Of a stretch of DNA of 64,000 nt, positions 15,501 to 27,600 are shown piece by piece (the stretch's first letter is position 1; every line of letters starts with the position of its first letter). The notes beneath the pieces are model-generated. The model was given only the letters and a program-made list of their open reading frames with translations. It did no database searches and was not told the DNA's origin. The stretch lies in assembly GCA_035389185.1 (NCBI GenBank), contig DAOORK010000001.1, forward strand, positions 829,881-893,880, read 5' to 3'. The translations under genes were made by a program, and so were the position numbers. The DNA comes from Candidatus Woesebacteria bacterium. Lineage in GTDB: Bacteria > Patescibacteriota > Microgenomatia > UBA1400 > MFAQ01.

Positions 15501-18453
15501 GATCGGCCATGGTTTCGAACCATCGGTTGGTGGTAAGGGACGTATCAATAGTAAAAGAGCGGGTTGTTGACCATCCAGAGTAAAGATTGGACCCAGACGG
15601 ATCGATGGCTCTGGTGCGATAGTAGTATGTGGTTCCGTTGGACAAGGCACTTTGAAAGGTATAGGAAACGGTGTCTTCGGAAGCAAAAGGGGAGGTGTCT
15701 GCAGGGTTGGTGATGTCGGCAAAACCAGCATCGGTGTCGGAAGATTTGGTGGTAGCACCAGTAAAGGCGGAAGTAGTGTCCCAGCTTATTTGATAAACGA
15801 TGTCATCACTTTCTGGGTCGGTGGCGGAGAACTGAATTTGAGGGGTGGTATTTGCCGTTTTAAGTTTGTCGTGAAGGTAGCTTGAAGAAATCGTGGGTGC
15901 ATTTGGTGGGGAATTGGCGACAATATCGTCAAAATAAAAGGTTGCCCCGGAAGTATCGCTTGTAAACTGAAAGGCAAATTGAGTGACCGCGTCTCTGTCT
16001 GCGGACGAGATACCGGAGATAGTCCAGGTTTTCTTCTCCCAGGTATCGGCAGAGTTTATAGTAATATCGTAGGTTTGTTCATCACTTGCGATTTCCCCAA
16101 ATTGGAATCTGGCGAAGCTCCCAGTATGATCTGACCTGACCCAGAATGTAAGATTGTTGTATGAAGAGATGTTGGTAGCTGTTTTGGTAAGAGTAACGGT
16201 ATCGTCAAGTGAGCCATATATACCGATAAAATTATCAATATAGAAGGTGTTATCAGCATCGGCATTCACAACAGTGATGATAATTTGATCAATGGCATCT
16301 TTATCGGCAGTACTGACTCCGGAGAGATCGATTGTGGCAGTCTGAAAAGTATTGGCAGAAGTAATATTGGGAGTGATTTCGGTTGTTGTGCCACCTGAGT
16401 CATGAAGCCCTACTTTTATGTTGCTACCGGTTCTGGTGGAACGAATGTCGAAGGTGACAGTATTAGAATTTGACAAATCAGCTGGGGAACCGATGGTACG
16501 AGTGAGTGTTTGATTCAGAGAACTGGTAGCTTGAGCAAATCCTTTAAGTGAATATGAACCTTGCGTTTTAATACTAGATTCAGAATATGACTGGAGAGTG
16601 TTATATGGGTATCTGACGATGATAATACCCGAACCACCTGCGGCACCGATTCCATATGAAGCATTATATCCAGCACCGCCTCCACCACCACTGCCGCGGT
16701 TGTCGGCTCCGGCAGTTGGAACCGAGCTGGCTGCACCACCTCCACCGTTTCCACCTCCACATTGTCCAGTTCCTGGTTCTCCATATAAGTTTCTTTGGGC
16801 GCCTCCACCACCACCACCGGCATAACAGACTGATGAACCACTTATGCTATAGGTGACACCTGTTCCTCCATTTGTACCGTGTGCTGTTGCATATGTATTT
16901 ACACCAGCACTTCCCATTCCACCTCCACCAGCACCACCATAATAACTTGTGACGGAATTTCCTCCATTGTATCCTTGGCTACCGGTACCACCTGTGTGAA
17001 CCTGTGATCCAGCACCACCTCCACAACCACCAGCCGCACCGTTTCCATTTCTTCCGCCAGCGCCTCCACCAGTGCCAGTGATTGAAGAAAAGACTGAGTT
17101 ATCGCCGTTGGTTGCCACAGCACCACCTCCACCAACAGTTGCTGTGATATTGCCTGCAGATATGGCAAAGGAGGAGTTATAGACGGCACCTCCAGCTCCA
17201 CCACCACCACCGGCATAGTTTATAGCGTAATATGAGTTTCCACCTCCGCCTCCGCCAACTACCAGCACTTGAACATTACCCGAGTTGGTAACTGCAAGGG
17301 TTCCGCTTGTTGTAAAGGTATGGATAATGTCTGTTCCTGAATAGGTAATGGTGCCACCGGTAGCGGAAAGGGCGTTGGTTGTGTAGGCTGTTTGTGCAGA
17401 TCCGTTAGTAGAGTATTCCATGAGGTCGATAGCGATACTACTTTGGGAGGTTGTCTTGACTTTGACTGAACTTGAGCCCTCTTCTTTAATAGTGGTTTCT
17501 TGAGAAACAACTGTATTGGTAGGATCAGAACTGACCCAGTCAGTAGACGTATCGGCGTTATCAATGACGAGGTCGATGACAACTGGATAGACACGGTTCT
17601 TGTCATTTAGCCAGGCAACACCTTCCGGGGTAAGGACTTTTGAAATTGTCAGTTGATTGCCTTTGGTTTGAACCTCATATTTGATACCGTTTGATGTCCT
17701 TGTTTTGTCGTGAAGTTCATAAAGAACCGGCGCGGGAATACTAAAGACGGTATGGTTTTTGGTATCAGTAAAAGTAAGGCTACCATCGGCGTTTTTTTGG
17801 TATTTTTGGTTGGTTTTAGCAATTTGGTCGATTTTTGTAACGAGATTGGCGGTGGATTTATCGTTGATAACAAATTCTTCAAGTAATCTCGAAGGAGAGA
17901 TGGTGTAGCGGAGATCCATTTGGGGAAAGATATTGGGGTAGGTGAGAGTGCTACCGTTAGCTACTGGCTGGTTGAAGGTGTTGAGCTCGCCAAAAGACTG
18001 GGTTTTTAGAGTGTAAAAAGAAATTTTCCCCAGATTGTTGGAAAAGACGATACTGCCTGAGTCGGTCGGTTTGTTTTTGAAATGGGTGGAAAACTCGTTG
18101 GTGACATTTTTGTAAGAGTAGGTACCAATGTCTTTGACAATGACGGTGTTGGGGGGAAAAGTAACAGGCTTGGTGATGGTGCGATTTAAGAGGAGGAATA
18201 GGATGGTTGATAAAATGGCACAAAACGTGAAAGAAACTAGTATTAATAGTACCACTTTAAGAAAATGAGGCTGGAAATGTCGTTTGAAATGGCTATTTAT
18301 TGGAAAGGTATTTCCAGAAGCCGTTTTAGGGGCATTGTAGAGACGAGCGTTTTTGAGGGTAGCCGGAATAAATTTGAGTCTTTTGGAAATAAGAGAGACC
18401 ACCGGAAAAGTGGAGACGCGCGAGAGTTTGATGGTGTGTCTCTTTTTAAACAC
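12574..18453 (-). CDS. Giant membrane-anchored surface protein (1959 aa) with Gly-rich domains and FN3-like repeats
   Basis: Single uninterrupted ORF with a GTG start and an N-terminal TM helix. It contains two ~400-aa internally duplicated units with (G)n-rich cores, three tandem ~107-aa FN3-like repeats and a terminal FN3-like domain. It lies directly upstream of the pilin gene on the same strand. Confidence 0.85.
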   Translation of the reverse strand: MFKKRHTIKLSRVSTFPVVSLISKRLKFIPATLKNARLYNAPKTASGNTFPINSHFKRHFQPHFLKVVLLILVSFTFCAILSTILFLLLNRTITKPVTFPPNTVIVKDIGTYSYKNVTNEFSTHFKNKPTDSGSIVFSNNLGKISFYTLKTQSFGELNTFNQPVANGSTLTYPNIFPQMDLRYTISPSRLLEEFVINDKSTANLVTKIDQIAKTNQKYQKNADGSLTFTDTKNHTVFSIPAPVLYELHDKTRTSNGIKYEVQTKGNQLTISKVLTPEGVAWLNDKNRVYPVVIDLVIDNADTSTDWVSSDPTNTVVSQETTIKEEGSSSVKVKTTSQSSIAIDLMEYSTNGSAQTAYTTNALSATGGTITYSGTDIIHTFTTSGTLAVTNSGNVQVLVVGGGGGGNSYYAINYAGGGGGAGGAVYNSSFAISAGNITATVGGGGAVATNGDNSVFSSITGTGGGAGGRNGNGAAGGCGGGAGSQVHTGGTGSQGYNGGNSVTSYYGGAGGGGMGSAGVNTYATAHGTNGGTGVTYSISGSSVCYAGGGGGGAQRNLYGEPGTGQCGGGNGGGGAASSVPTAGADNRGSGGGGGAGYNASYGIGAAGGSGIIIVRYPYNTLQSYSESSIKTQGSYSLKGFAQATSSLNQTLTRTIGSPADLSNSNTVTFDIRSTRTGSNIKVGLHDSGGTTTEITPNITSANTFQTATIDLSGVSTADKDAIDQIIITVVNADADNTFYIDNFIGIYGSLDDTVTLTKTATNISSYNNLTFWVRSDHTGSFARFQFGEIASDEQTYDITINSADTWEKKTWTISGISSADRDAVTQFAFQFTSDTSGATFYFDDIVANSPPNAPTISSSYLHDKLKTANTTPQIQFSATDPESDDIVYQISWDTTSAFTGATTKSSDTDAGFADITNPADTSPFASEDTVSYTFQSALSNGTTYYYRTRAIDPSGSNLYSGWSTTRSFTIDTSLTTNRWFETMADQFATDTYTGNATSSAVTDAVTVSVTPSNVDLMEYSSNSSAQSAYLASEITGTGGTISNVGVYKVHSFTTDGTFTPAFVGNVEALVVAGGGAGGVGTNSGGGGGGGLIYDSSHAVTATGYSITVGNGGQTASANGGNSVFNTLSAIGGGGGGSPGGTGKDGGSGGGGSANGTGLAGGSGTTGQGNAGGAGSGWYAGGGGGAGGVGTSAGSGTGGAGLNYSVSGTSVTYSVGGTSSSLSPNGAGTANTGMGGGGSQTSANFQGGSGIVVVRYVRNALQSFSESTIKTQGSYSLKGIASASASLNQNLISTPSSAINLSGSSSISFDLRSTRTGSNIKISIHDSGGTTSEITPNILSANAFQTVTWDISGVANANKDAIDQIIITIVNADADNTFYIDNFTATPFATGTITSTPITIANIDTNAVWNALEFTDEAGTDITYQIYYDVTGVPTIIPDSALPGNSTGFTSSPVSLIGLNPTTYPILYVKSNLSDSAGAPSLYDWGVTLNVPPNTPTLDFPADTATHVTRLAVLKTTATDTESDSLKYKIIICTDAAMSIGCKTFDQTVSATGWTAASYASGVQGVYTLQTPLDPHTDYYWRSYAIDPAGSNNWSSTQTTPYSFTTSEIPNIPTLDFPSDTATSVPLIATIKTTATDNDGDDIKYKIKICTDPGMTTNCQTYDQTVSATGWSAVSYASGVQGVYTIQTALNLGTVYYWKSYAIDPAGSNTWSSTQTTPYSFTTNQAPNVVTQDAPANSATEITLTTIFQITTTDVDSDYLRYKIHLCTNVFMTVNCQTFDQTSSQTGWTSQNAESSTAYTSGTQATYTVQTNLVPGTLYYWRAYAIDPAGTNTWSTAQSSPQTFTTKGNPSAPTSCTTVKASDNSSITINWTENATNEDNYQIWSSVNGDLATLVETLSADTAQYVDSPISSNNTYIYLIRALRFDGANTLYSSWCTTSPSNTSTGSLYFDSLKMEGVKIN
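12890..13980. repeat. Three tandem ~360-nt repeats encoding FN3-like modules inside the giant gene 12574..18453
   Basis: Protein repeats PNTPTLDFPADTAT...SFTT, PNIPTLDFPSDTAT...SFTT and PNVVTQDAPANSAT...TFTT. The DNA segments ~12960-13140, ~13320-13500 and ~13680-13860 are visibly similar. Confidence 0.6.
14320..15410. repeat. Internal duplication unit 2 of the giant gene (paralogous to 16235..17425)
   Basis: Protein DLMEYSSNSSAQSAY...GSGIVVVRYVRNALQSFSESTIKTQGSYSLKG...ADADNTFYIDNF parallels unit 1. The DNA is ~80% similar by eye. Confidence 0.55.
16235..17425. repeat. Internal duplication unit 1 of the giant gene
   Basis: Protein DLMEYSTNGSAQTAY...GSGIIIVRYPYNTLQSYSESSIKTQGSYSLKG...ADADNTFYIDNF. 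Confidence 0.55.
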
Positions 18454-18621
18454 TTTGGTTATTTTGATTGATTTTGAAGAGTTTTCAAGACTTGTGTAAT
18501 TAGTAATTTTGTGATTGTCACTTTTGATATTTATCTTTATAGATTCCCGTCTGCTAATTGTGTGAGATTGCCACGGTTCGGAGTACCGAAACTCGCAATG
18601 ACGATGTATGCCGACGGTACA

Positions 18622-21600
18622 TCATTTTGTTTCGACTAACCAGTAATTAAAGGAGATATCATAACCATTGTTGCCGGTGCCGGCGAGGGAAACAGTGAAA
18701 CCAATACCGTCTGTTTTTGATTTAACGTAAAGTACTTTTCCTTTGGTATCTGAGGTTGGAGTGACATAAATTAGAGTTGTTGGAGTAACTTTGGTGTTCA
18801 AGATGGAAATCTCGGTTGTGCCTGCGATAATAGTTGAAGTGCCGATGGTGGCATTGGAATTTGTTTGACCGGAAACAGTAGCAAGAGGGTCATTACCCGA
18901 AGCAATCACCAAACCATTGGTAGTAAGTTGGGCAAAATTGGCCGATTGTGAGGCTATAGTGGAAGAACCAACTGCAAGAGAGCCAGAAACAGAGGCCGTC
19001 TTTGTATCTAAACCTTGAGCAAAGATTGTACCCGTTATTAGGAGGTCGCCGTTGATTAATACTTTTCCGTCTGGATAGAGAGTCATGAGATTGGCAAGTA
19101 GGTGGACTGGTTTGTCGCCTTGGGGTTGGATAAAGAGTTCGTTATCAAAGCTGGAGAGAGCGTTAGTGAAGATGGCGCCGTTGGTCATGAGGTCGTTGGC
19201 AATTAGAGTATGGACACTTAGAGAATTGAGAGCGAGATCCGAAGGAATGACGGCCGAAGTGGTGGCCAAAGGCGAAAGAGACAGGGGATCGGCAGAAGCA
19301 CTGGCGTCTGCGGAGTAGTTTAGGAGAGAGTTGTAACTGCCGTATCTGGCTTGAAGGTTGGCAAGAATGGCAGATGCGGTGGAGTATTTGTCGTTGAGGA
19401 GATTGATTTGGGAATGAAGGGCGTCGATGGTTTGACCTTGGATGTTGTCGGCGTAAAGAGTGCCGGAAATGGTGGCGTTGATCACTTTGAGCTCATCAAT
19501 ATTGGCAATTGGGGAAATAAGAGTGTCGCGGACTGTAAGATTGTCGACGGTTAGTTCTTTGATGACACCGACACCGGCTTGGAAGTTGGCGGCTAAAATA
19601 TTGCTGAAGATGCCGATGTTTTCGATTGCCTCACCGGCGGCGTTGGTAATTTCGTAACTGGCGTTTTGGGCCGCGACTTTGGCAGTGAGAGTATAAGCGT
19701 TGAGATCGGCGATAGCCGGAGTGAGGAATCCTCCGGTACCGACCAAGATGAGAACGGTGTCTTTGCCATTTCCTGGACTCCATGATTCAAGGGCAGTACC
19801 GATGGTTTTTTCACCGATGGTAGCCTTTTTGGCCTTGCCGGGTTCGTTGGAGGAAGTGAGGTAGTCGCCATATTTGATGGCGGCTGAGTCGCTAGCGATT
19901 TTGACGGGGACTCTTCCCGCTAAGGCTAGGAGACGGCGGTCATCGGCTTCGATACCGAGGGTTTGGCCAGCATTGGTGGAGATGACACCGAGGAGACCAG
20001 AGTCATTTTTGGAGTTTGATTTACGGAGGATTGGAACTTTGTAAGAATCAAGTTCTCCGGTGACAGCAACGACATCGCCTGGACCAATACTCTGATCATT
20101 GACACCATAGTACTCAGCAAGGTCAGCACCAAAAACAATGACGTCGAGTCTGAGTTGCTGAGCTAGGCCAGTGTAGTTGTAGAGCTGGACACTGTTTGAG
20201 TCGTCGACGTGTGAAATCTTGTAACCGTCGTTGTAGTCGATGGTGACATTGTTGAGTTTTGGCTGGAAGGCGGTATTGATAGTTGTAAATATCGCCCGAT
20301 ATTGAATGTAGTTGTTGGGTGTGGAAGTGATGTTTGAACCTGAACTGGTGGTATAGACTTTTTCTACTTTGATATTATCAAAATGAATTGTGTTCCAAGG
20401 ATTGGTAAGGTTGGTTATTCTTAACTTAGTAATAGCATCTTTACTTGTGGAGGCAATGTCTGAAAGATCCCAGTATATTTTTTGCCAGGTATTGGTAGCA
20501 TCTATGGTTATAGTTTCTTCCTGTTCTGTTGCCGCAGACTCTCCAAATCCGATTTTTACAGTATTACCTGAAGCAGTAGCATAGACCCAAGCTGTTAGAT
20601 AGTCATATGCAGAGATATCGGTTGCATTTATGGTAGCTTCGGCATAACCTGAAGCGGGTACCGTATTAACAAACTGGGTTGTATTTCCGGCTGTTGCTTC
20701 ATCTTCATCTTCGAACTGGTTGACATTTCGAGTGACTGAACCATCGGATACTGTGGCATTTGTACCAGTCCAGTCGGTATGGGTGTCGGCAGTTTGAAGG
20801 GACAGATAATTGGTTCCATCGACTGCAGGTTTCCAAGCTTCCCACGTTCCGTCGGTCGGATCGGTAGAATTACCTGTTCTTGTTTGGAAAGTAATTTTGC
20901 CGTAGGCTGATGTAGTAGCTTCCCATCTGATTTTGTCTAGAGTAACAGCGTTGGGAGTTTCAATAGGTGCGGAGTGGTAAATACCATATGGATAGTAAGG
21001 TTGTTGGGTATAAGTAGCGGTGGGGGATGATGTTGATCCTGTGTAGGAGGAAGTGTAGTAAATTGCAGTACGTCCGTTACCTCCATTTCCGCCACTTCCT
21101 AATGTTGCAGAACCACCGGTTCCTCCTGTGGCGGATACTAAATTTGACCCAAGGGTGAGAGTACCTGCATTGAGAAGTACAGAGCCTCCAGCACCACCAC
21201 CACCACCACCCTGATTGCTTCCTCCTGCGGTGCCGTTATTGCCGTTTGCACTAATTGTACCGGATACAGTTATACTGTTTGCCGATATTGCAATTATTCC
21301 ACCACCATTAGCACCTGCTTTCGGAGGATAAGTGCTGGTATAGAAACCACCTCCTGCTCCGCCTCCAGATCCAAAAAATAGTGTTGTTAAATTGGTATTG
21401 CCATATGTTCCTCCACCTCCACCACCAGCACCGCTGACGGATCCTGAGGCTAATCCTCCGTCACCGGAGGCATTTGTACTGCCGTTTCCACCAGAGGTGA
21501 CTCCGCTACCTCCGTAACCAAAAGAACCGTAACCACCACCACCACCACCACCACCATACCAGGTGTTAGTGGATCCACTCATATCTCCACCTCCACCACC

Positions 21601-24600
21601 AGCCCCTCCCGCGGTTGCAGATCCTGTTCCTGGGGCAGCATTGTGAGCACCTCCACCGCCACCACCACAAACACCATTGGTTCCTGGGCGATCTGCACCT
21701 GTAAGGTAAGATGCTCCAGTTCCACCGCCACTTTGAGAACAAAAAGCCTCACCTCCGTATGGATAACTTACAGCAATAGGACCTCCCACAAACCCGATTC
21801 CGTTTGCATTTATTGTGCCCGATACTGAAACTGTACCATTTGCTCTAAAGAATAAAACTCCACCCTTAACTCCATCCCAGGCACTGGGGGTAAAATTTTG
21901 ACTTGCATTTACAGTTACATTTGTATAATTGGGAACTCTTTGAAGCATAACTCTTTGTGTTCCGTCAAGGATTCCAAGGTTTGAATCATCGGAAGAGTTG
22001 TCCCCGTAATTTTTAGTTTTAGAAGTTGTAAAGGTAATTGTGTTTGTAGATATTGATGCAATCCTTAACGTCTCGTAATTACCAGTGTTAATGGATGCAG
22101 TGCTGGTTCCTTGAAGATTTATGAGTAATATTTCGTCACCAGCAACCAGACAGCCTGTAGAAGGGGTAGTGGAAAGAACAGCTGTATTGGTAGTTAGGGT
22201 CGTAACTGAATAATTAACAGCATCGCCACCATCGGCACAGGAACGTCCATTTATTAGGCTAGTGGTGTTGATGTTGGTGCTTGATGAAACCGTAATGGCT
22301 CCGTCTGCTCCGGTACCCGTATCAACCGATGGGGAGAGTTCGACATCGGTGAGTCTTGATTGAGTTCTGGTTTTGGAGTTGCCAATGGCATCGAACTGGT
22401 TTTGTAGGCTCTGAATAATGTTGTGGGTGAAATTGCTGATATTATCCCAAGCACTTGTGAGGGTGTTGTAGACCCAGCCGGTGACGGAGATGTCATTATT
22501 GGTACCTCCGCCGTAGGCGCTGTTGTAGGCCAAAGTGAGGGATGCAGCATTGGCTACACTGGCTGATGAGGAAGAGTATTTGGTCATGTCGAGAGCGAGA
22601 CGGTGGAAAGCACTGGTGCCATCGGTGTTCAGATAGAGATCGTTGTAGGTGTTGTCGTAGTAAAGAGTACCTCGAGTGGTGGCAGTTGGAGCGGCTGTTT
22701 GAGGAGTAAAAACGGCGGCAATACCAATGTTTAGGGTGGCTGAAACACTGGCATCACCGACAACTTCAAGCTTGTTACTGCCACTGAGGTTGGTGATACT
22801 GCCGACCTTGAGACCGCCTGAAGTGTGCCAGTCGCCATTGGCTAGGATATTATTGGCTATAGAGATTGATTCTGTACCCGTGCCTCCTTGATAGATACCT
22901 TCGGTGAGATAGAGATCTTTCCAGGCATGGCCTGAGGATCCAAGATGGTCTACGTTGGTTGTTTGGGGGAGGATACCGCCATTTGTTTCTAAAGCGAAAG
23001 TGTAGCCGCCGACGGGTTGGTCTATGGCTGTGTTGAAGCCGATGGCGATGGGATTCATGAAGAAAGTGTTGTAGACGGAATCACCTGAGAGACGAATTTT
23101 TGCTGAGGAAGTGGCACCGTCGTTGGTGGAAGCAAAAAGATTGATAGAGTCAGACCAGTTATTTTTTGTGTAGATAATGCCTTCAGAAGTTCTGTTGAAG
23201 TAACCTCCAAAGCTTTGCCATGCTGAACCATCATAATAGAGAGGGGCATTCGCGGTAGTACTATATATAAGGGAACCTGATCCGAGGGCTACCGGTTGAC
23301 TGGTATCAGCGAAATTTCCGAGAATAAGTTGGCCGCTTATGGTGGCGTTGAGGAGATTTTTGAGACTATCTCCGGAGAAGTCGATGAAACCTGAAGCGGC
23401 GTTGAATGTAAGATCACCGGTACTATTGCTAATAAGAGAGTTGGTACCAGCAATTTCTAATTTTGCTGAAGGAGTAGCCGTACCAATACCAACATTACCT
23501 GTACCAGAAAAAGTGAAGTTAAAGCCGTCGAGAGCAACATCAGTATTAGAGGTAAGTGTTCCCCCAAGTGAAACTGTGTTGCCGAGACGGGTTAAGCCAT
23601 TGGTAAAAGTAAGAGCTGCTTCAAAAGAATTTTGATCGTAGGAAGTTGAGACGATTGATGACCCATCATAAGCGAGAAATTTTCCGGAAGTAAAAGTGGT
23701 ATTGTTTGTGCCTCCATTTAGAATTGGAAGAGTGCCGGTGACATCTGAGTTTGCCAGATTAACCGCTGATGAAGAAAGGTTGCCGAAAGAGTCAGAGTGA
23801 ACAATGCCAGTACTAAGAGACGAAAAACGAACTGAACCTGAAACAGAAGCACTGCCAAGAACATCGAGGGTTGCAAGTGGTGTAGTAAGACCAATTCCAA
23901 TTTGTCCGGCAGAATCAATGGTCATGGCCACACTAGAACCAAGGTCGTTTATGGAGGCGTCACCTATTGAGTTGGTATCCGTAAACTTTGCGAGGCGATT
24001 GGTGGTGCCATTGATGTTGGATAGAGGTGCAAAATATGAAGCATGTTGGCCATCGAGAAGATCGGCATTGAGGTTTTCGTTTAAGGTTGTTGAAGTGATT
24101 ACAAAAGGAGACGAACCTGTAGCGAGGGTCGATGTAAGCTGACCACTCATATTTATGGTAGTGATGCCGGAAACGGCTCCTGAAGTAGAGATGTCCCATG
24201 ATGAAGAATCAATAGCAACTGTGTTTGAGCCGCCGCCTATAGAGACTGCTCCGGTTGAGGTGCCGGTGTTGATATTGGTTGTGTAATTTGAAGAAGCATT
24301 TAAATCTATATTTCCACCAGATGAGGTGATGATGCCTGTGTTGGTAATACCGGCTACTGCGGCTATAGCTCCGGAAGAGTTTACTTGGAAAAGATCTCCA
24401 TCACCAACAGTAAATAACGATGCGGGGGTTGTGTCACCGATACCAAAATTGCCGGTGTTAATCCAAGAATTTTCACCGGCAGTGCCAGCAAGATGTACCA
24501 AAGCAGAAGAAGTGGCTGTGGCTCCGAGATTAAGAGAGTCGGTGATGTAAAGGGGAGCTATCGAGCCAGAGGTTCTTTGCCAGTTACTTCCTCCTCCGGT

Positions 24601-27600
24601 GCCTGTCGGTGCATCGATCCATTGGACTCCAGTGCCTGTTGTAGAAAGAACTTGTCCCGAGGTACCGGCACTACCATTGTCATACAAAGCGCCAGTAAGA
24701 TTGATGTCACCGACAACATCAAGATCATAGGCGGGATTGGCAAGTCCAATACCAACTTGGGTGTTGGCTTCGTTTGCTGCATTAAAAGCGATATCTCCAG
24801 TGTTGGTGTAAATGGCATAGTTGTTGGTAGCCGCGCCGGAAATACTTCCAAGATAGATACCATATTTTGAAGTACCGACAGCACTGGTCATGGCGGCAGT
24901 CTTGATACCATACATAGTTGTAGGGGAGTTATAGGCACCCAAATCGGCAATACTCAAACCAGTTAAATTAGCAAAGGTTCCGGTACTTGAGCCATAGGTG
25001 CTGAGATTGGCAATGACGCCATTGGTGGTACCACCGGTGCCGATGATACCGATACCATAGTCGAGACCTCTTAAATTGGTGACTGTACCACTACCGGATT
25101 GATATGCTCTACCACCAACGCCAGCAACATTATTTGTGTAGTTTTGGGTTCCAGCAGCATAAATGTAGGTGAGGTTGCCAAAGCTTTGATCGCCATCACT
25201 TGTGGCTGAGTTTACGGTATAGGTTGTTTTCAAACCGGCATTTGTGGCACCAGCGTTGACAGCTCTGGTTGGGACACTGACGATTCTACCAACACCATCA
25301 ATAGAAACAAGAGTACCTCCGCTACTATTTTGCCATTCTTGGAGATTAGCTGATTGGCCAGTGGTACCTTTGACTGTGAGGGGAATGTTTGTGGCTAGGG
25401 AGGCGGACATAGTGGAAGCTCCAAGTGTTTTAAGACCTCCGGCGATGTCTAACTTAACAGTGGGGTTGACAGTGCCGATACCAAAATTGCCAGAGTTATT
25501 GATCCAAGAATTCTCTCCAATCGTACCGGCTAGGTGTACCAAGGCAGAAGAAGTGGCAGTTGAACCTAGATTAAGGGAGTCGGTGATGTTTTTTGGTGCT
25601 AGGGAACCAGAAGTTCGTTGCCAGTTACCAACAGTCGAAGTATCTACCCATGAGACTCCTGTTCCAGTCGAGGTTAAAACTTGAGTGGCTGTACCCGCAC
25701 TCCCTGAGGTACGTAAAGCACCAGTGAGGTTAATGTCTCCAGTGACATCTAGGGCATATGAGGGAGTAGTGTCTCCAATACCAAAGTAACCAGTGTTAAT
25801 CCAGGAGTTTTCTGCAGCAGTGCCTGCAAGGTGCACTAGAGCTGAGGCTGTAGCTGTGGCTCCGAGGTTAAGAGAGTCGGTAATGTTAAGAGGAGCGAGT
25901 GAACCATCTGTACGTTGCCAGAGGTTACCGGAAGCGGCTGAAATATCAACACAGGTGAGAGTGTCGCCAACTGCTTGGATAGCTTGTCCGGCAGGACAAG
26001 CTGAAGGATAGTTTTGGAGTTTTGTCCAGTCGAGTTCACTGATCTCGGTATTGTTGATCTCGCCACTCGGGAGAGAAACTGTGCCAGAGGAAACAGTGAG
26101 GCCGGTGAGGCCGCTTAATGCGCCCGTGGCAAGTAAATCTCCATTACTGGCAATGGTGAATCTGGTGATTCCGGCTGAAGATGCGGAAAAAATGGAGTCC
26201 GTGCCACCATTAGTATTAATAAGGGTACGTCCATTGACACCAACAATAAAACGGTCAGTTTCGGTTGATCCTGAGGTGAGAGCGAGAAGATTACCCGTGG
26301 CCGTGTCGTTGCCGACATAGCCGGAAATTAGAGAACCGGAAGTGAGATTGGCATTTTCGATTCGGAAAGTGTCTGTTGTTGTGGTTGCGCCGAGAATCTG
26401 CACTTGTCCTCCTCCAATTGCATCTGGCTGAAGAATAATATCGCCACCGGAGTTGGCGGTAGTAGAAATGGTAATTGCTTGACCATTTAGGGTAAAAGTT
26501 CCGGAAGTAGAGTTTATGGTAGGGGAAGCAGCGGCAATATTGATGTCTCCATTTTCATCGACTACAGGAATAGTGTTAAGAGTAGCGGCGGCGGATGCCG
26601 GATACCCCTGGAGGGTTTCGGAGTTTAGGGCGTAACCAACAGTGGCGATTTGCTGGCGGGGGGTAAGGGTTTCGGATCCAACAGTGACCTCTAAGAAAAC
26701 GTCACGATTTTCCGTGAAAACTGTACTAGCGATTTCTTGACCGCAAGTGCCGTTTCCGATGAGAGTATTAAAGATACCATTGGAGTCTGGAGTGATCGAA
26801 CAAGTGTTGGAGGTGTAGAGCTGAGTACCACTGGTAGCTGCGTTCCAGAGTTTGAAGATAACGTTTACGGCAGTAACGATTGGAGTACCTGAAGAGTCTG
26901 TGAGTCGGCCTTGAAATGAAAGCTGTCTTCTGGGTACAGTGGGCACGGCAGCGGAGGACGAGGGGGCTTGCTTGATGATTTGGTTGTAGCCAAAGATAAC
27001 CATGGCTGAGGTGGCTAGAGCAAGTATGGCCAGATGAATATAGGGAGTAAAAGGAAGGGAGTTATAGCGATGGTAAAGAAGAACAAGAGGGTGTCTGGAA
27101 GCCTTTTTTGGGGTATTTCTTTTATCTCTGAGCCTTTCCATCCAAGAAAGAGGAGCTAGATGGGGAACTTCAATCTTGATTTCAAAAGGGTTAGCGGGGA
27201 GATATTTTTGAGAAAAACAATACTTGGCGAACTTTTTGATTGAAGATTGACGACGATTTATGACAGATGTACTAGTGTGACTAAGTTTGAGATAGGTAAT
27301 GTAGGTATTTAGATGAGATTCACTTAAAATATTCTCTAATCTTTGATCTAAGAAGGGGGTTTCGTTAGCACTCCACGCAAAGAAGTGATTGAGGTCAGAA
27401 ATGTAGTTTTTGATTGTTGAATAGGTCTTTTTTTCTCTAGCCAAAGAAAGCTTAAAATGCTCAAGAATCTTACTGAGTATAGGTAGGGCATTAGAGACAG
27501 GAGCAGAGTCGGTGTTTTCAAAAGAAAAATGTGGTTTTGGGGAATGGTTTAGATTAGAAACAGAACTTTGAAGGCCAAACTTTGAGGAAAGAAAGGTAGA

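Noticed and set aside
16598-16856. Pro-rich and His-rich ORFs on the + strand inside the giant genes (e.g. 16598..16825 with PPPPP; 16656..16856; 14886..15086; 13732..13995)
   Set aside because: They are reverse-frame readouts of (GGN)n Gly-codon runs of the real minus-strand gene. They have no RBS and lie wholly inside a 5.9-kb uninterrupted ORF.
24326-26011. Plus-strand ORFs 24326..24550, 25244..25684 and 25793..26011 with near-identical translations
   Set aside because: They mirror the internal DNA repeats of the 3083-aa minus-strand gene. They serve as evidence for the repeats, not as genes.
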